NCBI GenBank assembly: GCA_038087875.1
Contig: CM075992.1
Span: forward strand, 4,094,001 to 4,158,000
DNA length: 64,000 bases
Source: Malacoraja senta
Lineage: Eukaryota
Reading direction: 5' to 3'
Every line of letters begins with the position of its first letter. Position 1 is the first letter of the stretch. Positions 1-13,054 of the stretch are shown here, piece by piece. The notes below the pieces were generated by a model, which was not told the DNA's origin, did not search any database, and saw nothing but the letters and a program-made list of their open reading frames with translations. The position numbers were made by a program, and so were the translations under genes.

Positions 1-1811
1 CTATCTTTAAGAGCCCTATCTAGCTCGCTCTTGAAAGTATCCAGAGAACCGGCCTCCACCGCCCTCTGAGGCAGAGAATTCCACAGTCGGTGTGGACTCA
101 GAGGGCCTGTTTCCGCACTGTATCACTAAACTAAACTAAGCTAATATCTCCATGTAGCAAATGCTGAACCACTTTCTTCTGCATTAAAACCTCTCCCTGC
201 ACTTATCGCTCAACAACCTTAATAACACTTGGTGTGATGAGGTAGATTTGTGGATTATGGAGATCAGTGGATCACCAATGTACATCTGTTCAATGGCTCA
301 GCTGTTCCAAATAGCTAAGGGACAAATGGCAAGCCGAAAGGGTTCAGATATCAAAGTGACTAGAAAAGATTAACTCCCTTCTGGCACATTGGCTTTCATC
401 AGTCATAAATTCATAGGTTCTAGGAGCAGAATAAGGCCATTCGGCCCATCAAGTCGTCATGTGCGCCCTCAGAATTAAAGGGCGCTCTTTTAGAAAGGAG
501 GTGAGGAGGAACTTCTTCAGTCAGAGGGTTGTTAATCTGTGGAACCCATTGCCACAGAGAGCTGTGGAGGCCAAGTACGTGGATATTTTGAAGGCAGAGG
601 TAGACAAGTTCTTCATTAGAACGGGTGTCAAGGGTTATGGGGAGAAGGCAGGAAAATGGGATTAGGAGGCAGAGATCAGCCATGATTGAATGGCCGAGTG
701 GACTCGATGGGCCGAATGGCCTGATTCTATTGCTGTAATCTTGTATAATATGAACGTGTCTACTCTGCCATTCAATCATGGCTGATCTATCTATCCCTCT
801 CAACCCCATTCTCCTGCCTTCACCGCATTACCCCCGACACCCGTACTGATCAAGAAGAGTCCTAGTACTGTATATAAGTTGCGAGGTCAGGTTGCAGTTA
901 TGTAAGATGTTGGTGAGGCCACATTTCTGAGTGTTGTGTTCACTTTGGGCACCATGTTTTAGGAAAGACCGCTGGTCGGTGCGGACTCGGTGGGCCGAAG
1001 GTCCTGTTTCCGCGCCGTATCTCTAAACTACACTCAACTCAATCCAGTACCACTGTAAACCTCCCCAGATCCCTTAACAAGGCTCTCGTGCAGTTGATTT
1101 AAGTGTGTAATCAGTTAGCATTCAGCTCTCTCTCTCTCTAATTGTTATGGTAACCTCCTCACTAAAACGTGATCAACACCGCTTCCACTATCTGAGGGAT
1201 AGGACTTTCACAATTACATTAAGTATCCTCTCATTTCTCTATCATTTCATGGTTTTAAATTGAGTCTTTTCAACTTTCATGCTAAGCACATATTTTAGCA
1301 GAAATATCCAATTAGTTAAAACAGATTGCTATCTTGGTCAAATTCCCAATATATTTCATAGGGTGGTCTTATATGGTACACATTCCCTCTTTGTGCAGAA
1401 ACCAGTCATCTTTGTATTGATTTGATATGAGTATTCCAGCCTGTGAAGCATCTTTTCTAATCCTTGCTCGCTGAAAGTGTCATAGGTGTTGATATAAAAT
1501 CCTTGTGGACAAAAACAGAGAGCAAAAAAACATCACTTCTATTGCAATGTAAGGCAATATAAACTGAGCCAGGCTCATGGGAATGGCTTCAAAAACAAAT
1601 CCAATACACATTAAAATGAGCTTCGGATAAATCTATAGCTCCTTATTAGAGTTGGAGTCATAGATGCATACAGCACAGAAACAGGTCCTTCGGCCCATCT
1701 TGCCCATGTCAACCAGTTCAGTTTGTGCAATGATTTTATTTTAATCTCCAAGAAACCCAACCAGCGTTTTCAGATGCAGCACTCAGCTACTTAACAAAAT
1801 CCATGCACCAG

Positions 1812-2207
1812 TTTCAGTTTATTGTCCCGTGTACCGAGGTACAGTGATAAGGTTTTGTTGCGTGCTAACCAGCCCGCGGAACGACAATACATGATTACAA
1901 TCGAGCCATTTACAGTGTATAGATACATGATAATGGAATGACTTTTAGTGCAAGGTAAAGCCAGCTAAGTCCAATCAAAGATAGTCTGAGGGTCACCAAT
2001 GAGGTAGATAGTAGTTCAGCATTGCTCTCTGGTTGTGGTAGGATGGTTCAGTTGCCTGATAACAGCTGGGAAGAAACTGTTCCTGATTTTAGAGGTGTGC
2101 GTTTTCACACATCTGTACCTTTTGCCCGATGGGAGAGGGGAGAAGAGGGAGTGGCCAGGGTGCGACTGGTCCTCGATTATGCTGCTGGCCTTGGCGAGGC
2201 AGCGTGA
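1812..2207 (-). mobile_element. Rex/Babar LINE 3' fragment
   Basis: Minus strand [23 protein letters not shown]...NSFFPAVIRQLN. Confidence 0.75.
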
Positions 2208-2504
2208 GGACCAAGATGTGCCATCTACACTAGTCTCGCCTGCCAGCGTTTGGCCCAGATCCCTCTAAACCTTTCCTATCCCTGTACCCGTCTAAGTGTC
2301 TTTGAAATGTTGTCGGGAGGCAGCAACTCTACCAGCTGTCCTATTTGGAAACTGAGTGTGGACTCAGTGGGCTGAAAGGCCTGTTTCTGCGCTGTATCTC
2401 TAAACCACACTAAAAAGTTTCTGTCCTGGCCAAGAGTGAGGCCAAACGCAAATTGGAGGAACAGCTCCCCATAACCTTCTTGCTATTTGGAAACGGTTCT
2501 TTTA

Positions 2505-3115
2505 TTTAGTAGTGTTCTTCTGCAGTTGTATAGGGCTCTGGTAAGACCACATCTGGAGTATTGTGCACAGTTTTGGTCTCCTAATTTGAGGAAGGACATC
2601 CTTGTGATTGAGGTAGTGCAGCGTAGGTTCACGAGATTGATCCCTGGGATGGCGAGACTGTCATATGAGGAAAGATTGAAAAGACTAGGCTTGTATTCAC
2701 TGGAGTTTAGAAGGATGAGGGGGAATCTTATAGAAACATGTAAAATTATAAAATGACTGGACAAGCTAGATGCAGGAAAAATGTTCCCAATGTTGGGCGA
2801 GTCCAGAACCAGGGGCCACAGTCTTAGAATAAAGGGGAGGCCATTTAAGACTGAGGTGAGAAAAATCTTTTTCACCCAGAGAGTTGTGAATTTGTGGAAT
2901 TCCCTGCCACAGAGGGCAGTGGAGGCCAAATCACTGGATGGATTTAAGAGAGAGTTAGATAGAGCTCGAGGGGCTAATGGAATCAAAGGATATGGGGAGA
3001 AGGCAGGCACGGGTTATTGATTGGGGACGATCAGCCATGATCACAATGAATGGCGGTGCTGGCTCGAATGGCCTCTTCCTGCACCTATTTTCTATGTTTC
3101 TGTTTCTATGTTTCT
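2505..3115 (+). mobile_element. CR1-clade LINE 3' fragment
   Basis: LYRALVRPHLEYCAQFWSP...FFTQRVVNLWNSLP; TTTCTATG tail. Confidence 0.92.
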
Positions 3116-3487
3116 AAAAGAAGAAAACCAGGGAATTATAGAACAGTCAGACTAACAACTATAGTCGGGAATGTTGTGTTGATGGGTGAATTTACATTGA
3201 TTTCAAGAAAACACTTGATAGGTGATGGCTAGCCAAAATTGTACTCTATGGAATCGAAGACAGCCTATTGACCGGGCTGGGAACCTAAGTGACAGGAGAC
3301 AGAGGGTTGGCAAAAAAAAAGTAAAGATACATTTACTTTAGAATATATTCATCTTTTAGCGTGTAATTGAAACATTCATATTAATTAAAATCAAGTTAAA
3401 AGACGTACTCCAAAGACATGCAGGTTTGTAGGTTAATTGGCTTGGCATAAATGTAAAATTGCCTCTAGTGTGTGTGGGGTGATGTTA

Positions 3488-3710
3488 AGGCCTGTCCCAC
3501 TTGGGCGTCATTTGCAGGTGGCGCGCGAATATTTTGTGAATCCCAAAATCCTGGGGCGCCGCGCGCGACCGCGCGTCACTGCCTACGTCACCACACCTCA
3601 CCACGCGCCATGCGTGCGTAATGCATGCCATGCGCGCATCACGTGCGTCATGATGCGTAAATGATGTTGAGTAAATGGCGCGCAAGTGACGCCAAAGTGG
3701 GACAGGCCCT
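3488..3710. mobile_element. PIF/Harbinger-type MITE
   Basis: TIR GGCCTGTCCCACTT...AAGTGGGACAGGCC; TTA flanks; inserted in a SINE; same family as 20850-21077. Confidence 0.85.
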
Positions 3711-3795
3711 TTAATACGCAGGGATCACTGGCCAGTGTGGACTCAGTGGACTGAAAGTCCTGTTTCCTCGCTGTATCTCTAAACTAAACTACAAC

Positions 3796-4442
3796 GTTTC
3801 TGTCCTGGGCCTCCTCCATTGTCAGAGTGAGGCCAAATGCAAATTGGAGGAACAGCATCTCATATTTCGCTTGGGCAGCTTACACCCCAGCGGTATGAAC
3901 ATTGACTTCTCTCGCTTCAAGTAGCTCTTGCATTCCTTCTCTCTCCATCCCACCCCCACCCAAGTCATGCCAGCTTCAAAATCATCTCGTTGAGTCTCAT
4001 TGTCTCTACTCATTCTCACCTGGGCCACACAGCTGACAGTGGCCTGTTTCTTTTGTCATCATTAATTTTCTGAACATCTTTCATTAATTTGTTCTATGCT
4101 GCGGGAGCAAAATGAGGGAAGAAGCTTAGCCTTCATTCACGGTGAGGAATGTGGGGAATCCACTGTGGTGGATGTTTATATTAAACTTGATGTAGTTGTG
4201 TGTCTTGGTGCTGTTTTTAGTATGGCTGTATGGTAATATCAACATCACTGTACCTTAATTAGTACACATGACAATAAAAGACCTTTGAAACCTTATATCT
4301 CTATACATCACCGTCTATATCTCTCGTTTCCCTTTCCCCAGACTCTCAGTTTGAAGAAAGGTCTTGACCCGAAACGTCACCCATTCCTTTCCTCCAGAGA
4401 TGCTGCCTGTCCCGCTGAGTTACTCCAGCATTTTGTGTCTAG
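3796..4442 (+). mobile_element. Penelope-like 3' fragment, interrupted by a ~190-bp LINE tail
   Basis: SVLGLLHCQSEAKCKLEEQHLIFRLGSLHPSGMNIDFS; degenerate hammerhead at 4351-4378. Confidence 0.8.
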
Positions 4443-4676
4443 CTTCTATCAAAAGTTTCCCAACTTATTTTTAATTTCTAAACTCCTAAAATTAAATTTG
4501 AGAACATATTCATCTTTCAGCCTGTAATTGAAACATTCATATTAATTAAAATCAAGCTGAAAGGAAGATGTGTAGGAAGGAACTACAGATGCTGGTTTAA
4601 ACCGAAGCTACTGTTGATCCAAAAAGCTGGAGTAACTCAGCGGGACAGGCAGCATCTCTGGAGCGAAGGAATGGGT

Positions 4677-4704
4677 GACGTTTCGGGTCGAGGCCCTTCT
4701 TCAG
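4677..4704 (-). ncRNA. Minimal hammerhead motif (subfamily B, one stem II mismatch)
   Basis: Minus strand CUGAAGAAGGGCCUCGACCCGAAACGUC. Confidence 0.6.
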
Positions 4705-5568
4705 ACTGGACTTCTTCCACGAAGGCTAACACCATGGTTCAAATGATTGGGACCATGTACAAAGGTTTGTGTAAAGCTGAGGGTACAAGTACAAAGTCTA
4801 TAGGGTCAGCAAAGCGGCGTAATGTTAGAGCAGCTGCCTCACAGCGCCAGAGACCCGGGTTCAATCCTGACCTTGGGTGCTGGCTGTGTGGAGTTTGCAT
4901 GTTCTCCCTGTGACCGCGTGGGTTTCCTCCCATATCTCAACGAAGGGTGATGGGTGATTTGATAAGCTGCTCCTGGTATGTGGGTGAGTTGTAGAATCCG
5001 ATGGAGGGTATTTGATAAATATTTGGGGAAAATAAATAATGTTATTTCTGCAGGATGAGTGCAACTGGGTTACACTACCAACCCTACCACTGTGCCACTG
5101 TGCCCTGCTATAAGTTCAGGCCCTCGAGTCCTGGCAACATTCTCATGTATCTTCTCTGCACTCTTTCCAGCTTGCTGAGATGTGAAGAGATGTAATCACA
5201 AGGGTAACATAAAAGAGATTTGGCAAGACCCAGAGCACTGCCGAGCAATTAGTACAGAGAGAGAGATCAAGGCTTGTTGATGAGATTTAAGACTTTAGTT
5301 TAGTTTAGAGATACAGCGCGGAAGCAGGCCCTTCAGCCCGCCGAGTCTGCGCCGGCCAGCGATCCCCGAACACTAACACTATCCTACACACACTAGGGAC
5401 AATTCACATGCACAGAAGCCAAATTAACCTACAAACGTCGAATGAGGGAGGAAACCGGAGCACCCGGGGAAAACCAACGAGGTCACGGGGGGAAGGTACA
5501 AACTCCGTACAGACAGCACCCGTAGTCAGGATCGAACCCGGGTCTCTGGCGCTGTAAGGCAGCAACTC

Positions 5569-5846
5569 CCGCTTGGAGTGCATACTGTCGTTGTGTCCTT
5601 GGGCAAGACACTTCACCTGCGTGTGAATGTGTGTGAATGTGTGTGAGTGATTGGTGGTGGTCGGAGGGGCCGTAGGCGCAGATTAGCAGCCACTCTTCCG
5701 TCAGTCTGCCCCAGGGCAGCTGTGGCTACAGAAGTAGCTCACCACCACCGAGTGTGACTGAGGAGTGAATGAATAATGCGATGTAAAGCGCCTTGAGTAT
5801 TAGAAAGGCGCTATATAAATCCCATCCATTATTATTATTATTATTT
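5569..5846 (+). mobile_element. 5'-truncated CORE-type SINE with L2 tail, nested in a V-SINE
   Basis: GTGTCCTTGGGCAAGACACTT CORE-like motif; L2-type 3' end TGTAAAGCGCCTTGAG...AAAGGCGCTATATAAAT(TAT)n; AACTC duplicated at 5564 and 5847. Confidence 0.75.
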
Positions 5847-7230
5847 AACTCTATCGCTGAACCACCGTGCCACAGCCCCTTGGAAAGCAGAGCTGGTTTA
5901 TTTATAGGAGGCAAACAGCGGATCTTCGGTAGCCACACAAGTCAATCTTTTTTCCAAGTATTGTGCACAATTCTAATGGACGACTCAAATACTCCAAAGA
6001 CATACTGGTTTGTAGGTTAATTGGCTTGGTAAAATTGTAAATTGTCCCTAGTGTGTGTAGGATGGTGTGAATGTGCGGGGATCGCTGGTCGGTGTGGTCT
6101 CGGTGGGATATCGGGCATGTTTTCCGCGCTGTATCTCTAAACTAAACCAAACCTAAACCTAATGCCCCTTCCTGCATCTGAATACATTTCGCTCCTATTT
6201 CTGATATTAGCTCTCAAATCTTTTACTGGCAAGGAAAATTTGTTCTGTTGTTTCATCCAAGTTGTTTATTGGAGAATTGTTTCCAACAGGAAGCAAAGAC
6301 TTTATCACATTAGTGGAATTGGATTGAAACACAAGATAAATTGACACCATGTCTACTCATTGCATCTATCCCTATTAAGAAAGGTTTAGTGATTCTAATT
6401 ATGATGTATAGTATCTCAAAAAGTCAATGAAGCTAATTTTCACTAATGTTTCATAATGAATTATGCAATATCATTTATTATTGGTGGGTTAGTTGATAAA
6501 GAATGATACTCACCTTCTTTAGTATCTGGGTTGGAAGACTCTACACACTCTAGGCCACCAAGTTCCAATCTTTTTTTTTATCATTTCACATTCTTTAGTA
6601 ATTATATGGCATCAAAATAAGAAGTCACTTCCTGCCGTAATGAAAGCTTGGGTGAACTTCAATTTTTCTTCCATAAAGAGAATTAAATAGGGCGGCGCGG
6701 TGGTGCAGCGGTAGAGTTGCCGCCTTATAGCGCCAGAGAACTGGGTGTAATCCTGACCCGGGTTCGATCCTGCTCTCTGTATGGAATTTTGTACGTTCTC
6801 ACTCTGACCTGCGTGGGTTTTCTCCGGGTGCTCTGGTTTCTTCCCATACTCCAAAGATGTGCAGGTTTGTAGGTTAATTGGCTCCTGTAAATTGTTCCTG
6901 GTGTGCAGGATAGAACTAGTGTACGGGTGAGGCGGACTCAGTGGGCCAAAGTTCTTTTACACAGAGAGTGGTGGGTGCCAGGGGTGGGGTGGAGGCAGAT
7001 ACAATAGTGGTGTTTAAGAGGCTTTTCGATAGGCACATGGAAATGCAGGGAATAAAGGGATATGGATAACGTGCAGGCAGATGAGATCAGTTTAACTTGG
7101 CATCACTTACGGCACAAGCATTGTGGGCTGATGGGCCCATTCCTGTGCTGTATAGATGTAAAGATGTCCCTATTGTGTAGGGTAGTGTTAATAGGGTTGT
7201 CAGATACAGTTGTTTCCAAGCTGTATCTCT

Positions 7231-7500
7231 AAACTCAACTCAACTCAACCCAACCCAACCCAACCCAACCCAACCCAACCCAACCCAACTCAACCCAACT
7301 CAACTCAACTCAACCCAACCCAACCCAACCCAACCAAACCCAACTCAACTCAACTCAACTCAACCCAACTCAACCCAACCCAACCCAACCCAACCCAACC
7401 CAACTCAACCCAACCCAACCCAACCCAACCCAACCCAACCCAACCCAACCCAACCCAACCCTACCCAACCCAACTCAACTCAACTCAACTCAACTAAACT
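7231..7500 (+). repeat. (CAACC/CAACT)n pentanucleotide microsatellite
   Basis: About 270 bp of 5-bp units grown from a SINE tail. Confidence 0.97.
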
Positions 7501-7724
7501 AAGTTGTAACGTTATACAGTGTTCACCAATGTCAAGGTCAAGGGAGTGTTGACAAATGCCCACTGGATTCTCACCAATATTTACCTAATAGACAAAGCCA
7601 CTAAATACGGATTATCTGATCAATAGGTTTGTTCGCAAAATTAAAATGCACGGGGTTATAGCAGTGTAAATCCTCGACTGACTGTGGACAGAATGCAGAG
7701 AGCAGTGCTGATCAGTCAGTATTT

Positions 7725-8141
7725 CTTAGGCCCCCCCTTCGGTCATGGCTGACCATGGGTGTCTCCAGGCTGCTATACCCTATATGGAGGACGCCTGTGC
7801 GTGACTTTATTTAACGGAGACTAGTGCACAGACAGCCACCCCACGGTCCTTGACAGATCTGGGTCAGGATCCAGTGGCGTGGAGTCCAAGACGACCTGAG
7901 ACCCTTTTCTGCTGCAGGCTTCATCCGCCTTCCCAGCCGTTGTGACGCTCCACTAAGGTCAGCCATCGTCCTCCGCCTGTTCCACCGTTGAGGTCTTGGT
8001 TGGATTGCTGTTTGTCAGAGGCCTCCCCCTCGACCTTACCGCCATGGGTGGCCCTATCAGGAGCATAGCTCCAGACGGCATCGCTCTCAGGATCTCAGGT
8101 CCACACAAGCTTCTCCACCACGACAAGGTGACGATCCACGG
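7725..8141 (-). mobile_element. Short non-autonomous RTE-derived element (5' UTR-like head plus 3' tail)
   Basis: 11-bp TSD AGTCAGTATTT (7714-7724, 8142-8152); minus-strand head CACCTTGTCGTGGTGGAGAAGCTTG...GGGCCACCCATGGCGG resembles RTE/BovB-type 5' UTRs (from recall); no ORF. Confidence 0.7.
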
Positions 8142-8282
8142 AGTCAGTATTTAGATCAGCTGAAAATGTTCTGCTGTTCCTACTCAGATGTGAGAATTAA
8201 GACAACTCCCCCCCCCCCACCCTTACAAATAATCTGAAGAAGGAAACTTCTCTTCTTCTTGCGTATGGCGTGCACAGCCTAA

Positions 8283-8638
8283 AGGGCCTGTCCCACTGTA
8301 CGAGGTAATTCAAGAGTTCTCCCGTGTTTTCCCCTGATTTGAACTTGGAGAATGTCCGTAGCGAGTCCGTAGGAGTTCGTGGATGTCTCGTAGCGGCTCG
8401 TACGAGTAAAAAGTAAAAAAAAAATCATCACGAGTATTTCTTTACTCATGGACATTTTTCACAGTGTTGAAAAAACATCACGAGTTTACCGGATTTCCTG
8501 AGTACCTACCGTTACTCGTACGAGCCGCTACGAGACGTCCACGAGCTCCTACGTACCCGCTACGGACATTCTCCGAGTTCGAATCAGGGGAAAACTCGGG
8601 AGAACTCTTGAATTACCTCGTACAGTGGGACAGGCCCT
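8283..8638. mobile_element. PIF/Harbinger-type MITE with long (~125 bp) TIRs
   Basis: AGGGCCTGTCCCACTGTACGAGGTAATTCAAGAG... and its reverse complement; TAA TSD (8280-8282, 8639-8641). Confidence 0.9.
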
Positions 8639-9049
8639 TAAAGTTGTAGGACAACTTGTTCTATTGGCACTTGTTTGATTGTGAAGGAGGGAACTGATTT
8701 AAAATGTTGCCTATCCATATGTGCAGGAAGGAACTGCAGATGCTGGTTTACATCGAAGATAGACACAACATGCTGGAGTAACTCAGCGGGACAGGCAACA
8801 TCTCTCTCCCCTGACTCTCAGTCTGAAGAAGGGTCTCAACCCAAAACATCACCTGTTCCTTTTCTACAGAGATGCTTCCCGACCCACTGTGTTACTCCAG
8901 CTTTTTGTGTCTATGTCGCCTATCCATGCTCTCTAGAGATGCTGCCTGACCGGTTGATTACTCCAGCACATTGTGTCTTTTTTTTATAGTAAACCTGCAT
9001 CTACAGTTCCCTGTGAGTTAATAATGATAATTCCTGTTTATCTGGCTCC

Positions 9050-9685
9050 CAGTGTACCTGGACAGTAAACTGGACTGGTCCAGGAATACTGAAGAAGTAC
9101 AAGAAGGGATAGAGCCGGCTGTACCTTTTGAGAAGGCTCCGCTCCTTCAACATCTGCAGTGAGATGCTGCAGATGTTCTACCAATCGGTGGTAGCCAGTG
9201 CCGTCTTCTTCGTTGTAACGTGTTGGGGCAACAGGGCGAAGGCTGTGGACACCAACAGGATTAACACGCTCATCAGGAAGGCTGGCTCCGTCCTGGGGGT
9301 GGAGTTGGAGTTGGATTCACGGGAGGTTGGTCTTGGAGGGGAGGATGCTCCTCAAACGGCGGAGCATCCTGGACAATACAGCTCACCCCCTCCATCACAC
9401 ACTGGTCAACCTGAGGAGCACCTTCAGCAACAGACTGGTTCCACCAAGATGCAGCACAGAACGCCACAGGAGATCCTTCTTCCCTGTGGCTATCAAACTG
9501 GACAACTCCTCCCCCCTCTGTCGTGGGGTAGACCGACTCCCCCCCCAAATCTTTGCACATCCCCCAATCCTTTCAACTCTCCACTTTAAATTCATATTTC
9601 ATGTATCTCGTGGTTTATGATTGTTGGCAGATCAATTTCCCTCCTCGGGTATTTAAAGTTCTATTGTATCGTATTGCATTGTTAT
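9050..9685 (+). mobile_element. Rex/Babar LINE 3' fragment
   Basis: LRRLRSFNIC..MLQMFYQSVVAS...HPLH...RRSFFPVAIKL. Confidence 0.82.
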
Positions 9686-11787
9686 GCACAGGAGCCTCAA
9701 GCAACAACAGATAGTTGACTGGGTTAAAGCCTTCAGTTGTTAACAATCTTGGACTTTTCCCATTAGGGGAGATAGGGATGTGATGGAAGAGGGGATCCCG
9801 ATGGATTTGCAGCACTGTACCATTGGGAAGTGGAAATGGATCCAGTGAGAAGCAAAAATCCAACTCCATTTGGCCTGGAAACATTGATCAAACCATGATT
9901 TAAAGGGTTGGAGATTTGTTATTTTCTCACTGCAATGAGATGAAAACCTACAGAGTCTGTGTGGATTAAAGCATCCTAGCGCAGGTATTAACCACTTCGA
10001 GTGATAGAATCATAGAGGTATAGAGTTATACAGTGCGGAAACAGGCCCTTCAGCCCAACTTAATCACACCAACCAACATGTCCCATCTACACCAGTCTCA
10101 CCTGCCTGCATTTGGCCCATTTCCCTCTAAACCTGTCCTATCCATGTACCTGTCCAAATGTTTCTTAAACATGGCGATAATCCCAGCCTCAACTACCTCC
10201 TCCAGCAGCTCGTTCCATACACCCACCACCCTTTGTGTAAAAAAGTTACTCCTCAGGTTCCTATTAAATTTTTCCGCCTTCACCTTAAACCTGTGTCCTC
10301 TAGTTCTCGATTATGGAGGTCGCTGGTCGGCGTGGACTCGGTGGGCCGAAGGGCCTGTTTCCGCGCCGTATCTCTACTCTAAATTAAACTATTGGAGGCC
10401 GGAAACATGTCAGTGTGAGTTTCCATGGAGGTTGAGCATATAAATTGGGCAGAATCGGACCACAGCTAATGTCACTGCCCTTGGAATACTCAAAGTGTCA
10501 CAAAGAGCTGGAGGGAGAGAATGGGCAATAATCACTTCTCAAAGAGGAAAAAGGACAAAACAGCCGTGTGGATTCTCACTGGTTTGGGAGATTGAGGATT
10601 TAGCCTTCTTACCAAATCCAATAGGCCGTGATTCTATTTACATTCAAAGGCTGAGATGCAGAAGAAAGTAAACACAACAAATGATACATTTCTGAGGAGC
10701 TCTGAATGATATTGATTGCCTTAAATCACCAAAGATTACAATTTCACAGGATCTTTATTTGTTAGATGCAGCTGGAATTACTAATGCTGTTTACTGGCTA
10801 AATCTTCAGTGAGTCCTAGAATTTTAACACATTTCTCCTTCAGTGTGGAGTTCAAAGAGAAGGAAGTAAAATAGTCATTTAATGCAACAAAACATACTTA
10901 AAGGGAAACAGTACAAGAACGACGTTGGGCTCAATGTCTCAATGGGCTTTCCTGTAGATGTTGCTCTAAGGGGTAGATCGATCCAGGGATATTGGGCGTT
11001 AAGTGGGAACATGGGACTAATTTCAAAGGAGCAGCCATAGTCATATTGAATGATAGTGGGCTATAAGGGGCAAATAGTCTGAAGGAGGGTCCTGACCTGA
11101 GACACCATCCATCCATGTTCTCCAGAGATGCTGCCTGGCCTGCAGAGTTACTCCAGCACTTTGTGTCCTTTTTTGTAATCCAGCACCTGCAGTTCCTTGA
11201 TTTTATTGTACGTATCCATGTCTGCTTCTATGAATCTATACACTGTAAATGGACGTCGCCTATTCCTTAGATGATGCCTCACCCACTGAGTTTCACCCAT
11301 TCCATAGATGATGCCTCACCCACTGAGTTTCTCCAGCATTTTTTGTCTACCTTCGATTTTTCCAGCATCTGCAGTTCTTTCTAAAACAACTGTGAATGGA
11401 TTGATTGTGATCATTGTTAACCTATGTATGATAAGTGTTTGACGGCACTGGGCCTGGACTCGCTGGAGTTTAGAAGAATGATGGGGGGGGTGGGGGTACC
11501 TCATTGAAACAAACAGAATAGTGAAAGGCTTGGATAGAGTGGATGTGGAGAGGATGTTTCCACTATTGGGAGACTCTAGGACTAGAGGTCACAGCTTCAG
11601 AATTAAAGGACGTTCCTTTAGGAAGGAGATGAGAAGACATTTATTTAGTCAGAGGGTGGTGACTCTGTGGAATTCTTTACCATAGAAGGCTGTGGAGGCC
11701 ATGTCAACAGATGTTATTTGAAGGTACACAAAAATGCTGGAGAAACTCAGCGGGTGCAGCAGCATCTATGGAGGGAAGGAAATAGGC

Positions 11788-11815
11788 AACGTTTCGGGCC
11801 GAAACCCTTCTTCAG
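11788..11815 (-). ncRNA. Minimal hammerhead ribozyme motif (subfamily A)
   Basis: Reverse complement of CTGAAGAAGGGTTTCGGCCCGAAACGTT. Confidence 0.68.
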
Positions 11816-13054
11816 ACTCAAATTCTTCAGAATCAAATATTTTTGATTCTTGATTAATAAAGGTGTCAGTTATGGGGAGAAGGCAGGAGAATGGGGTTTG
11901 GAGGGAGAGATAGATCAGCCATCAGACACAAAATGGTGGAGTAACTCAGTGGATCGGGCAGCATCTCTGGAGAATAGGAATAGGTGAAGAATCAGTCTGA
12001 AGAAGGGGTCCGACAAAACATCACCTATTCCTTCTCTCTAGAGATGCTGCCTGACCCACTGTGTTACTCCAGCATTGTGTGTCTATCTTCAGTTTAAACC
12101 AGCATCTTCAGTTCCTTCCTACACATACATTGCATAATATGGTATGGATTTCCTTGAGTACAGAATTGGTTAACTGTTTACATCTTCAAAAAAGAATTGT
12201 AAAAGGTTAGAAACCAAAAAAACATTGGGGAAAAATCAAGATCTAAATGTCATACACTGAGAATGAAAGCCTTGTGATTCAACAGTGGAACCAAAGCAAA
12301 CTTCAAGGGTAGTAAGGATATAGGATTGAACTGCAGATGTTGGTTTACAAAGCAAAGACACAAAGAATTGGTGTAACTCAGCTGGTCAGCAGCATTTCTG
12401 TAAAACACGGACAGGTGATGTTTCGGGCTGGGACCCTTCTTCAGACTGATTGCGGTGGTGGTGAGGGGGGGGGGGTGGAAGCAAGTAGAGAGGAGGGTTA
12501 GATCAAAGCCTGGTGAGTGATAGGTGGATACAGGTGAGTGAGGTTTTTTGTTAGGTAGATGGTTGGACAATGGCCAATTCCTCCACAGATCAGTTTAGTT
12601 TAGAGATACAGTGCGGAAACGGGACCCTCGGCCCACCAAGTTCGTGCCGACCAGTGATCCCCGCACACTAGCACTACCCTACACCCTGGGGACAATTGAC
12701 AATTTTTACCAAAGCCAATTTACCTCCAAACCTGTGCACCATTGGAAATAGGTCAGACCCTTCAGAGTTAAAGGACATTCTTTTAGGAAGGAGATAAGGA
12801 GAAATTTATTTAGTCAGAGGGTGGTGAATCTGTGGAATTCTTTGCCACAGACGGCTGTGGAGGCCAAGTCAGTGGATATTTTTAAGGCAGAGATAGATAG
12901 ATTCTTGATTAGTACGGGTGTCAGAGGTTATGGGGAGAAGGCAGGAGAATGGGGTTAGGAGGGAGAGATAGATCAGTCATGATTGAATGGCGGAGTAGAC
13001 TCGATGGGCCGAATGGCCTAATTCTACTCTGACCGGCTGAGTTCCTCAAACACT

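Noticed and set aside
2483..3010. Recurrent [12 protein letters not shown]... ORF family
   Set aside because: Antisense frame of CR1 3' fragments.
7210..7497. PNPTQ-repeat ORF; telomere-like repeat
   Set aside because: Pentanucleotide microsatellite; unit is not TTAGGG.
10613..10650. Minus-strand 38-nt exon candidate with good splice sites
   Set aside because: Its only open frame (phase 0) is incompatible with the preceding phase-2 candidate; may be a pseudo-exon.
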